From Heteronotia binoei (Eukaryota), in contig NC_083235.1 in NCBI RefSeq assembly GCF_032191835.1, forward strand, positions 15,252,001 through 15,316,000: a stretch of 64,000 nucleotides of DNA, written 5' to 3'. Both the position numbers and the translations under genes were made by a program. The notes under the pieces were generated by a model. That model ran no database searches, had not been told where the DNA came from, and was given only the letters and a program-made list of their open reading frames with translations. Of the stretch, positions 46,348-58,857 are shown piece by piece (the stretch's first letter is position 1; every line of letters begins with the position of its first letter).

Positions 46348-48369
46348 GTCATCTCTCTTGGGGGTGTGTATAGGGGGGTGCGTCTTTGCCCAGTCACCTC
46401 CCACTAGCCAGCCTCCTGTGGTAGAGGGGGGCAGCGGGAGGGAGGGTCAGACCAGAGGAAAGTGGGAGATGACACTACAAGGGGTGGGGAGGAGTGGGCG
46501 TCAGGATTTGAGGCATCTGCATGAGCTTCTGTGGCAGCGGCACATCCCAATGCATTTGTCCTGTTGGCCAGCAATGGCTGTGCAGGGATGCCGTCTGTAT
46601 GTGAAGTTGCAGGGATATGCGTTCAACTGTCCAGTTGCATGCTGCAAGTGCAAGACACCTTGCTTTGTCGTTGTTCTGCACGGTGGGTGTGTACATGCTA
46701 AGGTGGGTGTTGTTCTTTTGTAGCTCTTTTGGATTGCTGTCTGCAGGCTGAGCTGCTGAGGCACGCCAGGGGCTTTGTGGGGGTGATCCATCGGTGACTG
46801 CACCGTAGCACTGTGGGTGGCAGCCCATAGCCCTGACTCCTGGGATAAGGTTCCTGTAATCACAGCTGTCTATTGTCAAGGCAAATCCCCTCCAAATGCA
46901 GCCACCGACAGCACCTCTTGTACTCTGCCTTGGGCCTACAAATCCTCCCTGCCCATGGTATCTAAGCGCTGGGGGTGGGGTCATCCAAGCCCCCTGCTTG
47001 TTGTTTTTCCAGGCCTTTCCTTGGCGCAGCTTTGGAGGTACAATTGTACAGCTTAAGAGCAGAGTCGGAGGGACAAAAGTGAAAGCAGGCCGCAAACAGG
47101 TCTGGCGAGTGAAGGGGATTCTGCAGCTTGTTGCTGTTGGTTGAGGAGGAGGCTGGGCTGTTGAGGTATTTTGTCCCCCAAGCACCGAGGGGGCTCAGTC
47201 TGGGCTCAGCCGGCAGCAGCTCAAGAAGCGAGTCATCTCCTGACCGTGGACAGCTGGAAGTCGGCCATGCCACTACGGTTGCCAACTTCCACATGCGGTG
47301 TAGAGTTCTCCTGGAATTATAACTGGTCTCCAAGCCGCAGAGATCTGTTCTCCTGGGGGAAAGGGTCGCCTTGGAGGACCAACTCTATAGTATACCGTTG
47401 ATTCTAGGTGAAATTCCTTCCTCCACAGGCTCCACCCCCAAAATATCCAGGAATTGTCCAACCCAGAGTTGGCAACCCTATATACCACTGTGGTGCTACA
47501 GTTCCTTCCTCAGTGGCTTGGGGTGGAGAACTGGTTCTTGGAGGAGGTAAAACCATAGAGTTTCTTACAATTCCTAGAGCTACTTATCACTTTTTAAAAA
47601 CTGGTAGTGATGTCGTATCAGCTGTGATGTCATGGCCTGCCCACATCCCTCTTGCTGGTTGCTAGGCACAGCCTGGCAAACCTAACCCAGTTCTGGTTCC
47701 CCCCCGCCCCCTACTACCTTCTTAAGCTGTGTCTGTTCTTTTTGACCTCACGCTTGCTTTCTAGCCCGATATTTCAAAAACAGAAACAAAGTTGTGGAGA
47801 GCATTATATAATTGGGGCCATTTCTGGCCTCTTCTTCCCATGGTACTCATTACACGAGTCTGGGGTCCACATCGTTTGTAAGAGTCATATGCGAGTTGTA
47901 GGTTTTCCTCAGTTTCTGCACGCGCAGTGCCTGATTTGTATCGTGACTGCGGTGTGTGCACAGAAGAGGTTTCAGCTCCCCCACTATTTTCCTGACTCAA
48001 GACAGTCTTGGGGTGGGTTTCGTCGCCTTGAGATCAGCGGGGGTCTGCTGAGCTTGTCTCTTGTGGCCCCCCTGAATTGGGGGACCCTGGAGGGGTTTCC
48101 TTTCGGCATGGGACTTTTACAGGAAGACAGGGATATAGCAGCGGCTGTTCCTGCTCTTCTTGTGTGCTTCAATGCTCCGCTGCCTTGATAGCCATTACAG
48201 CAGAAAGAGGTGAACACCTGACTGCTTGCTTTCTTTGCTGCTAACAAGCCTTTGATGTATAGCTTTTCTGTCTCAAACACGGCAATTCTACTCTGCAAGT
48301 AAGTTTGCTTTTCATACCATCGGCTAATGGGTCATTTTACATAACAACAAACGGGTCAGTTCAAAGGAA

Positions 48370-49945
48370 GGGAAAGAGGTGAATTCCCCCCCCCCTACTT
48401 TCCCATGAATCCGGCTTCCAAAAGATAAAAAAGAACATCTTTGAATGCCTGCAACAATTTGAATTTGAATTTGACTGAATATAGATACTTAAATTGACCC
48501 AGATTATGATTGAATAAGTGATAAAGAGACTATTATTTGGTTATAATTTGGTCTGAACAAATGAGATATATTCCAAAGAGATTTCTATTTGTCGTCTGAG
48601 TACAACTGAAATGGCAACAATTAAGTTATATGGCTGGTGGAGATTTGGAAGGATAAACTGACTGGATCTCTGAGTTACTTTTCAACTTTGATTATTAGAC
48701 TGAGTTATTCTGTGGAGTAAAATGGCATCACAAAGCGAAATGTTTCATAAAAAAGATACAATGGATATTATATTTTCTCTAAAGCAGGACCTTGGTTTAT
48801 TAACAGAGTTGATAAAAAAGCAAATGCAAGCTTTTATGTTGAAAGCTAGAGAAAACTTGAATCTACATGGGCGGAGTGACAAAGAGATCTTGGTGACGTC
48901 TGTGGAGTTGGAAATGGAAAAAGATCTGTCGGGAAACGAAAAGAAGAAAACTAAAATGGAACCTTATGGCGCAGTTACTAAGAAGAACCGGAAGTTAAGA
49001 CTGAAGTTTTTTTGAGAGGATCTAATGGCGTGGGGTTTTTACTATCGTTACTGAGAGGGGTGCTTGCATTAAGGAGAGAGGATGTACATTTCATCAAAAA
49101 AATCAAAACGTGGAAAACTTTCAGGAAGAAGGGATTTTAAATTGTTTTCTCTCTCTTGTAGGTAACTGGATAATATGGAACTCTCAGTAAGATATGCAAT
49201 TTTAAAAGGCATAGTGAGATCTTTGGGACATCATAGGTTTGTTCCTCTCTGATTAATATGGACATAAGAGCTAAAGGATTGAAAAGTTCTGAAAAGAAAT
49301 TTAGATAAATAAACAGTTAACTTCGATTAATTTTTAAGAAGACAGACAAACACAATTATTTTGTAATCTGGTAGATCTGCTCTTAATATGTTTGTTTGGA
49401 GAAATTGCTTATATTGAGATAGATAAACTAATATGCTCCTTGTTTACCATTTTTCTTTCTTATCTCTCCACTTTTTACGTTATTTTAAATTTGATCTTTT
49501 TCTCTATCCATTTGAAATATGAAAGTTAGGATAAAGAAATATTTGTTTTTATGCCTATCTAAATGATGACATTGTTAAAACATCAAGTCAGTTTGTATTT
49601 TTAATATGGCTAAGCTTATCCAGTTAGTTCTGTGTTGAGACCTTGGTGATTTTTTTTTTATATCTATGTTTGCTGAAGAAGAATAGTTCAGACTTGTATT
49701 TTAAGTAACAGTTTAGTAAAAAGTGTATAATGGAAAATGAGGACGGTAGAATATAAGGGGAAAACTCAATACTTGCAGGTAGAAAGGATTAGGTATTTTG
49801 TTTTGAGGTAAAAATGTAACTGATATATTTGCAGCTTTCTTTGTTTCTGATCCCCCACTCTGTATTTCCCCCTCCCTCTTATGTTTCTGTACTTGTGCTT
49901 ATGCTTTTTCTTTTTGTAGTTAAAATTAATAAAAATTATAAAATC
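48370..49945 (+). mobile_element. Probable L1-like-derived non-autonomous retroelement (short coiled-coil ORF 48722-49015, AT-rich 3' part, polyA-like end)
   Basis: The ORF resembles an ORF1 N-terminus and the element ends aaaattaataaaaattataaaa. No TSD was found. Confidence 0.45.
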
Positions 49946-50114
49946 GACAGTCCTGGGGTTATTTGACCTGCTTGAAAACCCCACAAGTGTACATGTGGGT
50001 TTCCTCAGTGGGCAAGCAGCATATCTGTGGGACCATTGCTGGTCTGGAAAAAAGAATCAAAACACACACACTCCAGTTATTATATGAAGAACAAACATTA
50101 AGCATTAGAATAAC

Positions 50115-50212
50115 ATCTGTCTGTCCGTCTGTCCGTCTATCCATCTATCTATCTAGCCATCTATCCGTCTATCCGTCTGTCTGTCTGTCTGTCTGTCCGT
50201 CTGTCTGTCATC
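50115..50212 (+). repeat. (TCTG/TCCG/TCTA)n tetranucleotide microsatellite
   Basis: Direct reading. Confidence 0.9.
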
Positions 50213-50689
50213 TCACAATAAACATTAATTCAAAAACATGTCAAGAGGAAAAATCAAACTATTCCAATCATGAATGAACAGTAAAGACAACAGCCAATAG
50301 GTTAAGTTCATAAACAGTGTTCCATTAGGAACTGCAGTATGCAATTCATGAAAAACCATTTCAAGTAAAGACCAATCTTTCATATGCTTTCCCAATTGCA
50401 GCCAGAAACTGACAAGTAGAGGTCATAGACAAGAGCTCATAAATAATGCTCCAGCAGGAGCTACAGTGCCTAGTCCACAAAATAAAGAACTGTTTGGGGA
50501 GGGACCTCAGCTGGATACAATGCCAACAGAGTCCATCTTCCAAAGCAGCCATTTTCTCCAGGGGAACTGATCTTGGTTGTCAGGAGAGCAATTGTAACAG
50601 CAGGAGCTCTCCAGGTATCAAGCTGAGGTTGGCAACAGTGTGTAGACCAGGCCTCTCAGTGTATAGAGCTTTCACAGAGGATTAGAGAA

Positions 50690-51475
50690 ATTCATGGAGG
50701 ACAGGTCTGATCATTGGCTATTCTCACAATACAAGAATTTGTGAGCACTTAATGAAATTGCTGAGCAGTCGGGTTAGAGCAGATAAAAGGAAGAACTTCT
50801 TCACCCAAAGGGTGATAAAACATAAGAACATAAGAGAAGCCATGTTGCATCAGGCCAATGGCCCATACAGTCCAACACTCTGTGTCACACAGTGGCCAAA
50901 ACAACAATGACACTCAAGTGCCATCAAAAGGTCCACCAGTGGGGCTAGAAGCCCTTCCACTGTGCCCCACAAGCACCAGAATTCAGAGCATCACTGCCCC
51001 AAACAAAGAGATCAAACGATAAGCTGTGGCTAATAGCCACTTATGAACGTCTGCTCCATAATTATGAACACGTGGAATTCACATGATTAACATGGCATTA
51101 ACATGGCATTAACATGATTAACATGTGGAATTCACTGCCACACGAGGTGGTGGTGGCTACAGGCATAGCCAGCTTCAAGAGGGAATTGAATCAACATATG
51201 GAGCAGAGGTTCATCAGTGGCTATCAGCCACAGCGTATTGTTGGAACTCCCTGTCTGAGGCAGTGATGCTTTGTATTCTTGGTGGTTGGGGGGGGCAACA
51301 GTGGGAGGGTTTCTAGTGTCCTGGCCCCACTGATGGACCTCCTGATGGCACCTGGGTTTTTTGGCCATTGTGTGACACAGAGTGTTGGACTGGATGGGCC
51401 ACTGGCCTGATCCAACATGGCTTCTCTTATGTTCTTATTCAATGCAATAGCTAAATAGAACCTCCACATTCAGAG
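50690..51475. mobile_element. Rearranged CR1 3'-end fragments on both strands (similar composites at 57715-58125 and 60560-61105)
   Basis: Repeated CR1 3' UTR blocks aacataagagaagccatgttggatcaggcc... Confidence 0.78.
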
Positions 51476-52426
51476 GCATTATACCTCTTAAAATGGGATG
51501 CGAGGGACCTTGGGTAATTTGTCTTGGGCATGACTTCCGCTTACAGCTTGTGTTGTCTCATTCCCCTTCCATATTTTTTCAGCTACTTGGAAACTAGTAG
51601 AAGGGAGAGCAGAGGTACTCAAAATTGTCCATCGATTGGGCCGCTGCGTTGATTGCCCTTCGATCGTTCTTAATGTGATTAAGGTCCCTGTGATTGCTAA
51701 GAATTCCTTAGAGTCCTGGCGAGCTGTTGCCCTCATTATTGTTAATTGGGAACAGAATGGGCAGAGGAGAGGCTGTGCCCTCAGGACATGGCATTAGGTA
51801 CATGTCGGGGTGGCAGATGGCAGCCTGGAAAGTTCCCCTCGCCTTCCACACATCAATAAGCTGTTAAAAGTCATAGTTAAGTCCTGACCTCCAGGTCGAT
51901 TCCTGATCTGAATTCAATGAATTCGGCCCATCGAAGGGCTCCAGCAGCTCGGAGATGAATCTAAGTTCTGATTGCTCGCCTCCTTCTCCTTCTGTGTAAC
52001 TTGCAAGTCGAATACTTCATTCACAGCTTGATGGTGATGCCTTTTCCTAATCCAGTTTTCTACTGCTGAGGCTAGCTCCTTAGGAATTTAATTATTTAGA
52101 TCTCTATACCCCCATTTTTCTCCTCAAGGGTAACACAAATGAACCCCTCCAGTTTATCTGCATAACAACCATGTGCGGTAGGTTAGGTTGAGATTATGTG
52201 AGTGGCCAAGGTCACGAAGGGGGCTTCCATGGCAGACTGGGGACACGAGCTAGTGTGGTGTAGTGCTGCACTCCAGTATCTGGGTGACCCAAGTCTGAGT
52301 CCCAATACATTTGGGACGTTGGTACCATCTTTGGTTCATGAAGGCTATCCCCACCAGCTTGGCAGATGCAGGCTCTGCAAGGTAATGGTAATGCATAGAT
52401 TGGACCTGAGTCAATAACAGGCTGTG

Positions 52427-52499
52427 ATGTCACAGGACGACCTCAGAGCTGAGGTTCTAGAATCCAGAAGAACGGCCGCCTCTGGGTGGGACACGTTTG
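52427..52499 (+). CDS. Candidate upstream coding exon of the lysozyme-like gene (N-terminal extension)
   Basis: ATG TCA CAG GAC...TTT G|GTGAGT ends in phase 1. The acceptor at 55633 is also phase 1 and the frame is open (GG ATT GCG...GAG ATG) into the signal peptide. Confidence 0.5.
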
Positions 52500-55400
52500 G
52501 TGAGTGTGGCTTGAGCCGACTGAGAACTTTGTTGAGATCCTGGAGAGGTTCAAGCGGGCAAAGGTAGGAGCCCCAACCTGCTATTCTCCACTGCAAGGCT
52601 TCTGTAGATGAAAACGCAGCATCCCCGATGAAGGGATGAGTCTCAAGTCATGTCTGTACTTAATTGAAATTGGATTGCTCCCATCGGAGAAAAACTGGTA
52701 GGGCAAGTTGACCAGGCCCAACGTTTTGTGCTGATGTATGCAGCTGCACATTGAGAAATTAACCATTTTCCCATGAAGGTCAAGATGAGGTTTTGGGGAG
52801 AAGGAAGTGAGTATGTATATGTGTGCGTGTTCGTGTGTACTTCCAAACACACACACACACACGCAGACATATGCCCATGTATATACCCATATATACTTCC
52901 CCTCTATATTTTTTGTTATATTACTTGTTTGTTAAAAGTAATAAGTATGCAGAAATGGTGAAAACATGCAGTACTGAGTATGCTGCAATGGTGAAAGGAA
53001 TAATTCAGTTTTTAAAAAAGATTAGTTAAAAAATTTGAAATGTAAAATGTTGACTATAAATGTATTACAACAGAATTGTTATTGTATTTTAAAGACCGTT
53101 CCCCAAAAAACCCTTTCAATGTAATGAAAGGAATGTCGGGGAGAAAATTTTCCTCTTTCTTTCTCTCTCTTTGGTATTTTTGCATTTTTTTTGGTGTGTG
53201 TGTGTGTTTTTTGCCCCTATGCCTGGGAAGTCATGGCGACCTCTGCTTCCTTTGGGGAGCTCTCCCAGGTCCTGAACAGCTTGTAGAGCACAACTGTGTT
53301 CTTTTCCCATGAAGATTAGGATGCGGTAGATCTGCAGGCAAACAGCACTGATCCAATAAGAGATGAATGAGAGGCAAGCAGAATGAAAATATGGAAATAG
53401 GTGAAAGGCTGGTCTAATGTACTCCACCCTCTACTTGGCATGCAGAAGGTCCCAGGTTCAATCCCTGGCATCTCCGGTTAGAAGGACCAAGCAGTGGGTG
53501 ATGGGAAAGACCTCTCTGCCTGAGACCCTGGAGAGCTGCTGCCAGTCTGAGTAGACAAGGCTGACCTGGGTGGATTGATGGTCTGATTCGGTATAAGGCA
53601 GCTTCATATGTTCCAGTAATCTTCAGCAAAGTTACTGGGAGTAAAGGGCTGGGTCTTAGTGGTAGAGCCTGTGCCTTTCATGCAGAAGGTCCCAGGTTCA
53701 ATCCCTGGCATCTCCGCTTCAAAAAGACCAGGTTGTAGGTGATGTGAAAGACCTCAGCCTGAGACCGTGGAGAGCTGCTGCCCACCTGAGTAGGCAATAC
53801 TGATGGATGAGGAGTCTGGTTCAGTGAAAGGCAGGTTTATGTGTGTTCATACCCTCCACCTCACCCAGTTTCTTGTAGCCAGAGATTGTGGGGGAGGGAA
53901 AGCAGCATGTATATAGCCCAGGGGTGGCCAAACTTGCTTAACATAAGAGCTTGGGCATTGGATTTCAGACTTCACATGGGATAGGAGGTTGCAATATCTC
54001 CCTGATTCCATAATGGGAGGGCTGAGGCAAAGAATTTTCTAATTCTCATGGGGGAAAAGAGGGGGACTTGGAGGTTGCACAGCGCGGCCACTAACTGTAT
54101 CGTAGTCCTCTAAAAATTTCAGTCTAGCCTCTGTGTTTCTCTGGAACATATATGAAGAACATATGAAGCTGCTTTATACTGAATCAGATCCTGGGTCCAT
54201 CAAAGTCAGTTTTGTCTACTTAGACTGGCAGCAGCTCTCCAGTTTGGCAGCCTCTTCTGGGGACAGGAACAATTAAATGGGCCCATTGTATATAGCAGGG
54301 GTGGCCAATGGTAGCTCTCCAGATGTTTTTTGCCTACAACTCCCATCAGCCCCAGTCAGCATGTAGGCAAAAAACATCTGGAGAGCTACCGTTGGCCACC
54401 CTTGGTATATAGGCACAGGACTTTCAATATTTAGCTAGCTTAGCAAATATGAACATATGAAGCCGCCTTATACTGAATCAGACCCTCGGTCCATCAAAGT
54501 CAGTATTGTCTTCTCAGACTGGCAGCCACTCTCCAGGGTCTCAAGCTGAGTTCTTCATGCCTACTTGCCTGGACCCTTTTTAGTTGGAAATGCCGGAGAT
54601 TGAACTGGGGACCTTCTCACCAAGCAGATGCTCTACCACTGAGCCAACATCCCCTAATGGACTTCTAGTACATCAGCCTAGCCACACCCATTTTCTAAAA
54701 ATGCATGGTGGGCACCAGGAAAGGTGTTAGCGGGCACCATGTTAGGGACCCTTGCTGTACCACAACCAGGGCTTTTTTTGAGCAGGAACGCACAGGAATG
54801 TAGTTCCAGATGGCTCGGTGCCAGGGGTGTAGCCTAATATGCAAATGAGTTCCTGTTGGGCCTTTTCTACAAAAAAAGCCCCATGTGAAATAATGGTGAT
54901 GTCAGAGGGTGTGGCCTATTATGCAAATGAGTTCCTGATGGGCTTTTTCTACAAAGACAGCCTTGACCACAACAACCTTTCCCTCAACAATTGGTTACCA
55001 TGGGCTACTATTTCACAGCACCGACAGTCTCGCTGAATCAATACAACTGAAACCAGAAACATCAGAATAGTCAGAAACCTCAGCGTACATCTTGGACTTT
55101 TAATGGTTGTAAAACGTACAAAAATGATTTTATTGTCTATTCTGTTTTAAAATATACGATGTTGTTTTTAACTGGTGTTAGCTGCCCTGAGCCCTGTAGG
55201 GGGAGGGCGGGATATAATTTTGATAAAATAATAATAAAAAACCCAAGACGCATCTGTTGGTCCTTGTCTGGCCTCTGAGTTCTCCCCCCCTTGCAGACCT
55301 ATAAAGGTAAAGCACCAGTTGTTTCCGACTCTGGAATGACATCGTATCATGACATTTTCATGGCAGACTTTTAATGGAATGGTTTGCCATTGCCTTCCCC

Positions 55401-55662
55401 AGTCATCTACATTTCCCCCCCAGCAAGCTGGGTCCTCATTTGACCAACTTTGGAAGGATGGAAGGCTGAGTAAACCTTGAGCTGGCCACCTGAACCCAGC
55501 TTCCGCCGGGATCGATCTCAGGTTGTGAGCGGAGCTTAGGACTGCAGAACTGCAGCTTTACCACTCTGTGCCACGGGGCTCCTTTTGCGGACCTAACTTG
55601 AAAAGTTCCCCTCTTCCTATTTCTTTGCAACAGGGATTGCGAGAGCAAGCCTGGGGGCAGAG

Positions 55663-55801
55663 ATGAGAATCCTTCCGCTGCTGCCTGTGATTGCTTGTCT
55701 TCTCGTAAAAGCCCGGGGCAAGATCTTCAGTCGCTGTGAGCTGGTCTTGCTGCTGGAACATTCGGGACTGGAAGGGTTCCAGGGGTACAGCTTGGCTGAC
55801 T
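55663..55801 (+). CDS. Lysozyme-like exon (signal peptide + KIFSRCEL...)
   Basis: ATG at 55663, GAC T|GTgagt; 139 nt. An acceptor at 55632-55633 lies just upstream. Confidence 0.93.
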
Positions 55802-57003
55802 GTGAGTGGTACGGCCTCTGAAGGGGTCAAGCTGTTCATTGGTCTGTGGGGTTAGGAAAACGGCTCAATTCAAACCAGCACATTAAAAAAAAGGAAGGGA
55901 GGCAGGAAAGAGACACATCTGGGATAAAGAAATTAAAAGGAAACAATTTTAGAAAAAGATTAGATTTCTCTGCTTATATGGGATTTTATTTTCTTTCAAA
56001 AAGACCTTGATTAGGAATCACAACAGTTAGATTGGATTCCAGTGTTTAGTGGCTGGAAATAGATGGCTAAGTATATTAAAATACTTGTATGGTTCCATAT
56101 ATTCCAGTTCAGCGGATCTCCCACCCCACTGGCTGCCTTGCTTCATGTTAACCCGCCTCTCTGCTTTTTTAATTGTTTCATTATCATAACTAGTTTGGTG
56201 TAGTGGTTAAGCGTGCAGACTCTTATCGGGGAGAACCAGGTTTGATTCCTCACTCCTCCACTCACAGCTGCTGGAATGGCCTTGGGTCAGCCATAGCTCT
56301 CGCAGAGTTGTCTTTGAAAGAAGAAGAAGAAGATATTGGATTTATATCCCGCCCTCCACTCCGAAGAGTCTCAGAGCAGCTCACAATCTCCTTTACCTTC
56401 CTCCTCCACAACAGACACCCTGTGAGGTGGGTGGGGCTGGAGAGGGCTCTCACAGCAGCTGCCCTTTCAAGGACAACCTCTGCCAGAGCTATGGCTGACC
56501 CAAGGCCATACTAGCAGGTGCAAGTGGAGGAGTGGGGAATCAAACCTGGTTCTCCCAGATAAGAGTCCGCACACTTAACCACTACATCAAACTGGCTCTC
56601 CAAAGTTCTGAAAGGGCAGCTTCTGTGACTCTCTCAGCCCCACCTACCTCACAGGATGCCTGTTGTGGGAGAAGAAGATAAAGGAGACTGAAGGCTGCTT
56701 TGAGACTCTGATTCCGAGAGAAGAGTGGGGTATAATTCTACGGTCTTCTTCTTCTTCTAAATATGCCAAAATAGGAGATAAGTGTGTAAGAGAATCTCCA
56801 ATAGTGGCTGCAATTATAGCTGAGAAAAACCCTTTCATTTGAATGAGAGTGGCCAGTAATAAGCTGAGCCTTACAGTGGTCTTACCTACTTTCTGAAAAG
56901 CTCAGCGGGCCCCAGGAGAAGTACTGATGGGCACTGTTGTGCCAGCGGGCACCGCATTGGAGAACCCTGCTCTAATCTGTGGGTCTACTCTCTCTCCCCT
57001 TAG

Positions 57004-57162
57004 GGGTCTGCCTGGCATACTTCGCGAGTGGCTTCGATACAGACAAAGTGACGCACAATTCGGATGGCAGTTCCGAATACGGCATCTTCCAGATCAACAG
57101 TCGTTCCTGGTGTTCCGACCACCACAGTACCACAAAGGACCTGTGTGATGTATCATGCCGTG
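57004..57162 (+). CDS. Lysozyme-like exon (active-site region)
   Basis: ctctccccttAG|GG GTC TGC CTG...TGC CGT G|GTacgc; 159 nt. Confidence 0.95.
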
Positions 57163-58778
57163 GTACGCATTTCTGCCAGCAGACTGCTGCAGTGAGCTGA
57201 ACTGTGATATGCAACATCCCACTGGGCACAGTAGTCTAGCCTGGCACCCGTGTTCCCTGCAAGCTGAGTTAGTGTGAGCTAGCTCACAGATTTTTAGCTT
57301 CCAGTTCACAGATTTTTGTCTTAGCTCAGGAAGGACGGCCCCAGAGCAAGCTAATTGCTGCAGTAGCTCACAGCTTTAATGCCAGTAGCTCACAAAGTAG
57401 AATTGTTGCTAACAAGACTCCGCAGCTTAGAGGGAACGAAGCCTGTGTGGTTTCTCCATCCATGGAAGATGACATCCCAGACTGACCAAAGAAACTTCAA
57501 GTGTTTTGTTCAGTCCATTCAGTGCGAATGGCAGCCTTAGTTTCTCCTGAAACTGAGAGGGACAGGAGGTTTAATCCTTCAGCCCCTACTCAGTTTCCCT
57601 ATTTGAAACTATCAGGATGTTTGGTTAATATAGCAGAGTTTTGCCCAGTCACAGAAGTGTGATACTGAGTGCTGTAAATAAATCTCCCAAGAAGTATATT
57701 GTAAAAAAGATAAGAACATAAGAGAAGCCATGTTGGATTATGCCAATTGCCTATCCAGTCCAACACACTGTGTCACACAGTGACCAAAAAAGACAGGTGC
57801 CATCAGGAGGTCCATCAGTGGGGCCAGGACACTAGAAGCCCTCCCACTGTTGCCCCTCCCCAAGCACCAAGAATACAGAGCATCACTTGCCCCAGACAGA
57901 GAGGTCCGACAATACGCTGTGGCTAATAGCCACTTATGGACCTCTGCTCCATATGTTGATCCAATCCCCTGTTAAAGCTGGCTATGCTTGCAGCTGCCAC
58001 CACCTCCTGTGGCAGTGAATTCCATACAATAATCACCTTTTGGGTGAAGAAGTAGTTCCTTTTATCCATTCTAATCTGACTGCTCAGCAATTTCATGGAA
58101 TGTCCGTGAGTTCTCGTGCAGTGAGAAAAGGCTTTTTTTGGTAGCAGGAACTCCTTTGTATATTAGGCCACACATCCCTGATGTAGCCAGTCCTCCTGGA
58201 GCTTACAATACGCCCTATACTAAGAACCCTGTAAGCTCTTGGAGGATTGGCTACATCAGGGGTGTGTGGCCTAATATGCAAAGGAGTTCCTGCTACAAAA
58301 AAAAGCCCTGGGCTACATTATGGTAGCATAAATTTCCCCAGATCTTCCCCCATTAAATTTTTTTTCGGCTGGAATAAAACCCTAGTAATCTTTAAGGTAG
58401 AACGCCATAGCACAGAGTGGTAAAGCTGCAGTACTGCAGTCTGAACTCTCTGCTCATGACCTGAGTTCGATCCCGGCAGAAGCTGGGTTCAAGTAGCCGG
58501 CTCAGGTTGACTCAGCCTTCCAAGGTCGGTAAAATGAGGACCCAGCTTGCTGGGGGGGAAGTGTAGGTGACTGGAGAAGGCAATGGCAAACCACCCCGTA
58601 AAAAGTCTGCTGTGAAAACGTTGTGAAAGCAACATCACCCCAGAGTCGGAAACGACTGGTGCCTGCACAGGAGACTACCTTTACCTTTTTAATCTTTAAG
58701 GTACCCCATGGCTCTCATTTATTTATTTTTATTGCAGTGCCCAGTTCTTAACCTTGAAATTTTCTCTGTCCCCTGTAG

Positions 58779-58857
58779 ATTTGCTCACTGATGACATCAG
58801 TGATGACATCGATTGTATCAAGAAAGCGGTGGTGGATTCAGAAGGCTTGGATGCCTG
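58779..58857 (+). CDS. Lysozyme-like exon (DLLTDDISDDIDC...)
   Basis: ccctgtAG|AT TTG CTC...GCC TG|GTaagg; 79 nt, the canonical lysozyme exon size. Confidence 0.95.
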
